57,863 bases of DNA, taken from positions 1 to 57,863 of the forward strand of contig JAQGDQ010001166.1 of the NCBI GenBank assembly GCA_030141605.1. The letters run 5' to 3'. The translations under genes were made by a program, and so were the position numbers. The notes beneath the pieces are model-generated. The model was not told where the DNA came from. It made no database searches and saw only the letters and a list, made by a program, of their open reading frames with translations. This document shows positions 50,385 to 57,863 of the stretch, piece after piece (the first letter of the stretch is position 1; each line of letters begins with the position of its first letter). The DNA is from Tubiluchus corallicola. Taxonomy: Eukaryota; Animalia; Priapulida.

Positions 50385-50756
50385 CCAGCTTTATTTTTTG
50401 GCAGGTATAGAGACAGAAAGTAGACAATACTGACCGCTTCGTGCTCTTTTCAGTGACGGTAAAAAAAACGTAGAACAGAAAATGTTAGTGCGTGTGTTTG
50501 TGGTGATTCTTGATATTGGCTTTGTGCTGTGTTATTAGCAGAAAAATACGTGGCTTGTGACTCGGCTATTCGGTGCTTTCAAATTTTGATAACGCACGAA
50601 AACATGTCTAATAACTCTAATTAAAAAAAATTTGTTTGACAAATAACAAAATTATATAATAATATTAGAAATAAAATAAATGTTTTTTTATTTTGCCGAT
50701 ATATAGTGTTGATAATTTTCAAACTTATATGTCATCTCATGAAGAAACATTGAGAA

Positions 50757-51292
50757 TTTTTACAAACGTAAAGTCAAAGTTTATGTCTTTTTACAAACGT
50801 AAAGTCAAATTTTATGTCTTTTTACAAACGCAAAGTCAAAGTTTATGTCTTTTTACAAACGTAAAGTCAAATTTTATGTCTTTTTACAAACGCAAAGTCA
50901 AAGTTTATGTCTTTTTACAAACGCAAAGTCAAACTTTGTCTTTTTACAAGCGCAAAGTCAAACTTCATGTCTTTTTACAAACGCAAAGTCAAAGTTTATG
51001 TCTTTTTACAAACGCAAAGTCAAACTTTATGTCTTTTTACAAACGTAAAGTCAAATTTTATGTCTTTTTACAAACGCAAAGTCAAACTTTGTCTTTTTAC
51101 AAACGCAAAGTCAAACTTTATATCTTTTTACAAACGCAAAGTCAAACTTTATGTCTTTTTACAAACGTAAAGTCAAATTTTATGTCTTTTTACAAACGCA
51201 AAGTCAAAGTTTATGTCTTTTTACAAACGCAAAGTCAAACTTTATGTCTTTTTACAAACGCAAAGTCAAACTTTATGTCTTTTTACAAACGT
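50757..51292. repeat. 31-bp (some 29-bp) minisatellite, about 17 copies
   Basis: Unit TTTACAAACG(C/T)AAAGTCAAA(G/T/C)TTTATGTCTT. Confidence 0.95.
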
Positions 51293-51453
51293 CTTTTTCT
51301 TCTTCATTATTTACACTTTGAGTAAAAAGATAAAAACATTTTCCAATTCGCAAACATCCATCACATGTGTATTTCTTAATATTTCTAGACATTTCTCATT
51401 GCTATTATTTTTGCTCAGATCATAGAGGACCTCAACACAGAACTACTGTAAAA

Positions 51454-52910
51454 ATGAGAGTAATCGTCGTGATACTTGTGATAGTGGTTTCAGTGACGAG
51501 TCGTGAGTATACGCCGAGACAAACCTTCGCTGTTTATGGTACGTCCGTTTACGAAGAGCCGCCATACGAAGAAGCCCCCGTAAAGCCTGGCTTCTACATG
51601 GACGTGCTACCCAACTCTGCAACTTACGATCAACCATCTAGTAACGTGTACGACATACCACAAAGCTACACCAGTTACTCAAAAACTGGTTATCAAGATC
51701 CTCCAAAACCTCAAGGGTCCCTCCCGTCTTATGAACAAGTGCAAAATTACGAAGGACCGCAAACGTCTTATGATCTACAACCTTCTTATGAACAAAGTCA
51801 AGATTACGAAGGACCGCAAACATCTTATGATCTACAACCTTCTTATGAACAAAGTCAAAATTACGAACAGCCGCAAACGTCTTATGATCTACAACCTTCT
51901 TATGAACAAAGTCAAAATTACGAACAGCCGCAAACGTCTTATGATCTACAACCTTCTTACGGACAAAGTCAAAATTACGAACAGCCGCAAACGTCTTATG
52001 ATCTACAACCTTCTTACGGACAAAGTCAAAACTACGGTGATCGACAAACTTCTTACGGGACAGAGTTATCTTACGAGCAACCTCAACATCGGTCGATTTC
52101 CCACACTTATAAAGAACCTAGTTATGAGCCGCAGCAAGAATCTTATGGGATAAATCCCGTCTACAAACAACCCCAGGGTTATCACGAACAACAAAAATCT
52201 TACGTGCTACAAGGCACTTCTTATGAACAGCCCAGAAGACGTCAAGTAAATGTTTACGATAGCAGACCTTATGAGCAAAATTCTGTTCTACAAGATACAA
52301 GTTACGAAGTTGAGCTTGGCTATCAACCAGAAAGACAGACTTACTCAGATTATGACGATAATGCTGTTGATACGTACCAAGTCAAGTACTCAAAATCAAA
52401 ATCACCTTATACAAGGCCGAATTATTCTTATATCAAACCGAAAACTACAACGTACAGCTCTCAAATACATGCGCAAATTCCCCAAGACCTCAAGGCACAA
52501 CAGGCAACGTACTCAATAAAACCAAAGTATCCCCAACGAATTAACTCTGCTGCCAAACCACACTATAACAGTAACAAAGACAAATTTACGTATCCGTTAA
52601 CGCAATCCATTTCCGTCGCCGAAAAAGCAAAATATCCTTTAGCTCAGCAGCGCTCCTCCCCCTCCTCCTCCTCCTCCTCCTCCTCCTCGGGTGGTCACCA
52701 GCTGCCAGAAAAGTATACCAAAACACCGGAATACTTTACAACCACCAGCTATGGACCGATCAGAGTAGGAACCCTCGCCGGAAAAGGACAGAGAAGCAAC
52801 GGTAACAGCTTTCAGCGAAGTGGAAAAGCGAAGGGAAGTCTTTATGCTGTGGACACGGCCACGGCAGCGGAAACGGCTGCAAAACGGAGAGGATATGAAT
52901 ACTATTACAG
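51454..52910 (+). CDS. Secreted Tyr/Gln/Pro/Ser-rich repetitive protein, main coding exon
   Basis: Signal peptide MRVIVVILVIVVSVTS. About 5-6 copies of the 19-aa unit LQPSYEQSQNYEQPQTSYD. Long stop-free frame with donor AG|gtaaga (phase 2) at 52910/52911. Confidence 0.85.
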
Positions 52911-53169
52911 GTAAGATTTAATCATGGGTTGAACTCGCGCCAAACAGCAGTTTTCATGGCCTTATTTTCTGCACTACTACCTATAGGAAACCAACCAACT
53001 AATGATAAAGAACAGCAGAATGTGTAATTGAAGGTTTCACAGTTAATGATATTAATGACATCTTCTACTAGCTACTAACAACATAATGAATGTACCAATG
53101 TAAATAGCACTGCTTACCCTATTATATTACATGTAATGCAATCATTGTGTGAATAAGGATGATATGTAG

Positions 53170-53440
<271 letters not shown>

Positions 53441-53804
53441 GTGTAAATAACGCTTATCTTAATATCTAGTACTGACGTTATTCGCAGCTTTGAGTCTAAT
53501 AACGGACTCGAATACGATTCATATTTATTTCTCGATAATAAAAGTGTCATGGCGCCCTTCATTAAGATCTTTGTTGATTCAGACTTTTGATAACAAGAAG
53601 TGAAAAAAATTAAAAAATACATTAGGTAAGAAATGTTACAATGATTAAAATATAAAAAATACGTTTACATCTACCTAATTTTTACAATCATGTCAAATAT
53701 ATTACCTGATTACGTACATTTTCTGTTATACTAAAATATTTAATAATTTCGTTTTCGGCAAAAGTAAGCAATTCCATTCTATTATGCTAACATTGGAAAA
53801 GCAC

Positions 53805-54045
<241 letters not shown>

Positions 54046-54596
54046 ATTTTATTTCAGACATTTGCAGTCCACAGAAAAATAAAAATAATCTACAATTAAA
54101 AACATAGAGTTAGTTTACAGAAACATAGTAAGCTTATTTGCAAGGAAGGGTTAGTTAGAATGAGTAAATAAAATTCTTTGCAACGACTTAAAAATGTTCG
54201 ATCTAAACATTGCATCAGTATTGTACAGCAAGTTATTAATAACAGTAGCCTACTTCTGAGAGTAAAAGCAGCTTTCCTACGTATGCATGAAAAACTTGGA
54301 ACGTTGTAGCTAACATACAGCGACTAGGAAGATTAGAGAGTCCTCTAATGGCATTATTATAAGTAATAAGCATTCAATGTTTCCTTTATCGTGATTAAAC
54401 CAGAAACTATTGCAATAGAATTGTGAACAAAATCGTAGAAAAAGTCTTCTCCTTCACATCAGCAGAACAGTTTTTGAACCTCTTAATAATACAATTGGCT
54501 CTCTGCACGTAATAAACCACGTTGGTGTTTTAATAATTAAATGTCAGTAAATACCAGTCTGTAATTACAGGTTTATTCGATTGATTTATTTTGAAT

Positions 54597-54768
54597 TTGT
54601 TTTTATTTATTTATTTCAATCGACTGAGGACACAATTAACATGACTGGTATTATAGAAAACAAAGTTTTACTAACTGTTAACGAATTTTTAAAATACAAT
54701 TTTTACGAGATTTGAACTCGTAACCATGTGATCTGCAGACCAAGACCTTACTCGTTGCGCTACCAAAA
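54597..54768 (-). mobile_element. tRNA-derived SINE or tRNA pseudogene remnant
   Basis: The minus strand TGGTAGCGCAACGAGTAAGG...CTGCAGA...GAGTTCAAATCTCG has A/B boxes, and there is a (TAAA)n tail near 54600-54617. Confidence 0.5.
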
Positions 54769-55599
54769 CAAATGACGTCATCAGTTAGCAAAAAGCCTTA
54801 CCAATGTGAGCACAAATAGAACTTCACCTCAGAGATGTCGCCACATGAATAAAATTTCAAAATACGTAGCAACCAATACTAAGCAACTGTAATGCACCAC
54901 AAACAGTTCGGGAAATGTGAGTTTATATGTATATCGTGTCCAAGAGATGTCGCCACGTGAATAAAGTTTCAAATGCATGTAGAAAACAATGATAAACAAC
55001 TCTAACGTACCACAAACTGTTAGCGGGAAGTAAGTTTATATATAAATAAGTTTTCGGTTTTGTAATAAGCGGGGATAGCATCTCTGATAGAATAACTGGT
55101 CATACCACAGGGCTCTTGGTAGACACCTCCATCGGATGGAACTGTAGAGTACGCACAATACTAAGTACGATAGCCGATAGACGGTAGATATTGTATGATT
55201 AGTTATATGGCTGTACAGTATACCATAAAAATGCTGTATGGAGTAGCGAGCTCCGAGAAGCTTGTGGTATGACCCATCTGAAGGGACGAGTCCTTTTTTG
55301 CAAAATTAAAATTTTAGAAATTGGCACGAAGTTCTTTAGAAGAGAATAATATTACTAAGTTTTACTGCACTAAAAATCTGTGTAAAATCTCTTCAGCCTT
55401 ATCAAACCGTTCATAATCGACAATTAGCCTATAGCTACGCAAGATCGATAATTATTAATTAGCACATTACTGCCAACGTAAGTCCTGTATGCAAAAAGGC
55501 AGTATGTAGGTGGTATAAAATTTCAAAATGAATTTTTTAAGTTTGATGTAAGATGAGGGTTTTCGTGTGCTTTTGGGATTATCAATTTTATTTTAGCTT

Positions 55600-55623
55600 T
55601 GAGAGAGAGAGAGAGAGGGGGGG

Positions 55624-55702
<79 letters not shown>

Positions 55703-55859
55703 GGGAGAGAGAGAGGGGGGAGAAAGGGGAGAGAAAGAGATATAGATATATATATATATATATATATGTTAGATAGAGAGTGGGTATATGTTGTTTTTTT
55801 TTTTTTGTTTTTTTGTTTTTTTTATATATATATATATGTGAAGTGTATATGTATGTGTA

Positions 55860-55891
<32 letters not shown>

Positions 55892-55972
55892 GATATATAT
55901 ATGATGTGTATATATGAGAAGATATATATATATATATATATATAAAAGTTTGTATATATATATATATATATG
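55600..55972. repeat. (GA)n plus (TA)n compound microsatellite
   Basis: Seen directly in the sequence. Confidence 0.93.
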
Positions 55973-56120
55973 TTTTTATGATGTACAAAGACTACATAAA
56001 CAAGAGGTAAAGACTGTAGTGAAAGCATGGGAAAACGTAGAACAAAAGGGTGAAAATGTGGATGCGTGAATAAAAGGGACAATAAAACAAAAAAATCACA
56101 TTTTTGCATTGCTGTTTCAG

Positions 56121-56223
56121 GGATGGTCACGAGTACTACATGCCTAGGACATTATACAACTACGATATTGTCCAACCCATCATAGGATACGTCAACGATT
56201 ACAGCAGTTCCAAGACATATTAA
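56121..56223 (+). CDS. Terminal exon of the Tyr-rich secreted protein (R-DGHEYYMPRTLYNYDIVQPIIGYVNDYSSSKTY*)
   Basis: Acceptor ttgctgtttcag|G in phase 2 matches the donor at 52910. Tyr-rich like the upstream exon. Total CDS is 1560 nt (519 aa plus stop). AATAAA at ~56469 and ~56544. Confidence 0.82.
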
Positions 56224-57863
56224 ACGAACCGCAACTTGATTAAATTAAGCCTACTAACAACCGTAAGTGCAAAAGTTGCCATTGTGATATCCATGCGCAT
56301 TGACGGAGCAGACGGAACAATGTGAATTGAACGCTAGAAGGCACATATTTTAGTGATGATTATTGCTGACACACATTCAACACTGGCTGACCAATTGTAT
56401 GCGCAGTGACAAAATGTTTGTGCACCAATTTTGACAAAGTTGAGTATTATAGCTGATTTTAACAAACAAATAAACATGCGCTTACAACAGCTTTCAGGCA
56501 CTCAATTGAAATAATGTTTTAAAGCACAAGAAAGCACTTCATTAATAAAGCTTAAAAATAATGTTGAAATATTGTATCACTTACATGCTGTCTCATTGCA
56601 TGCAGAGCTTGCGTTGACAGTGACGCTGTATAATACTTGTAAATTTAAACTACCGCGATGACCGTTAGTCGCAGCCATTTTAAGGGTAAGTCGTTTGAAA
56701 CAAGTAGAAATAACATTGCATAAAGTTTGAAAAAATAACCAGATCATTCGTACTCTTCGCTCACTAAGAAAACGTTTAAAATACTCTATATCGTTCATGA
56801 CATCAATAATGTTTTTTTTTTTTTGGTTGACCACGTGGTGCAGAGTGGGATGGCGATGCAGTGCCATTCTACAGAGACGCGAATTTTTAAATTATTACGT
56901 CTTTCCTTTTCTAATCACATAAGTCTTTCAAAGAGGTAAGCATAATGCAAAGTAATATAACTTTGTGCGGGAATTTTTTGGGAACATACCTTTGAATAGA
57001 TTTTTCTTCTCCTGTAAAAATTTAGGCCTGCGTTGTGCGTCGGTGACGTCACGTAATGGCGCAATCGGAACAGTATTGCGGGAAATTCTAAATGAAAGGA
57101 AACAGGAATTTCTTTTAACGCGAGTAGGGTATACTCTTAAAATTGATATATGCTAATAACCTTCTTTAAGCGATTTTTATGAAAGCTTCTTTAAGGATCC
57201 CATTTCCTCCTTTTAAAAACGCAAGGGGTTGAAAAGTTACTGCAAATTTGCCCGCTTTCGGTTGGCTTGAGTTGAGGGTTAGTTTATTGAAGCTCTGCTT
57301 GTGCTTCAGTATTAGAGGCTAGTCTTTGTATTACTTTGTAATGTCGTATATTCTTATACTAACCAAAGTACATTACACCACTGTAGTTAATACTTTGCTG
57401 AGATCAACTGTAAGAGATTTTAATGTGTGCATGAACATTACAAACAGGTAGATCTGCAATAAGTGAACTTGTGAAGAGTTTTATTGGTCTGTACATTAGC
57501 TTACACCAGATCAATTATAGGTTTGCCGATGACGTCACCTGTGTTATTGACACTTTTACGTTATATCATGTATATATGTCACTGGCGAAATAAAAAAAAG
57601 GATTTATGTAAGTAAAAAAAACTTGTGAAATGTAAAAAACCTTTTGGCAACTACCTTAGATAAAAACTGCTTGGCAAAAAATACGAGATCATTTGGGACT
57701 TGCCAAACTTTGGGCAGTTTGACAACATAAGGAGATAAATTTATACAAAAGTACACATTTTATGCAAATAATACTGTACAAAGTGCAGCAGTGGTAAGGA
57801 ATCGTAGTAGGAAATGTCTCACATCAGGTCTTGCTGTTTAATCTATGGAAACTATGATGTCAA

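Noticed and set aside
50693-51425. Lys/Phe-rich ORFs upstream of the Tyr-rich gene
   Set aside because: They are translations of the 31-bp minisatellite.
54706-54765. Functional tRNA gene
   Set aside because: A/B boxes are present, but the acceptor stem does not pair and a SINE-like tail follows.

Overview
AT-rich, repeat-dense genomic DNA from a metazoan invertebrate (lophotrochozoan-like by gene content; this is an inference). It is not prokaryotic and has no CRISPR. Four spliced genes can be reconstructed by eye. (1) The 3' part of a class A neuropeptide-type GPCR (+, exons 7283-7971 and 16697-17050). (2) A small secreted-peptide locus (+) missed by the ORF track: a single signal-peptide exon (28500-28541, MEYKIYFALFLLQL|gtaagt) lies upstream of six intact and one degenerate tandemly duplicated terminal exons (29203-38617). 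These exons complete the signal peptide (xxxxAQA) and encode variant acidic peptides of about 29 aa that are Tyr-rich, except copy A (22 aa, Tyr tail deleted). (3) A 4-exon gustatory-receptor-like 7TM gene (-, 46284-41096) whose last splice acceptor plus first codons are amplified into a ~35-copy 41/42-bp tandem array. (4) A ~519-aa secreted Tyr/Gln/Pro/Ser-rich repeat protein (+, 51454-52910 and 56121-56223). The rest is minisatellites (57, 43, 32, 81 and 31 bp units), microsatellites, TTAA-flanked Kolobok-like and piggyBac-like MITEs, pogo/Tigger and hAT-like MITEs, LINE 3' fragments, solo LTRs and SINE remnants. All splice models are inferred from consensus sites and reading-frame phase, with no transcript data.
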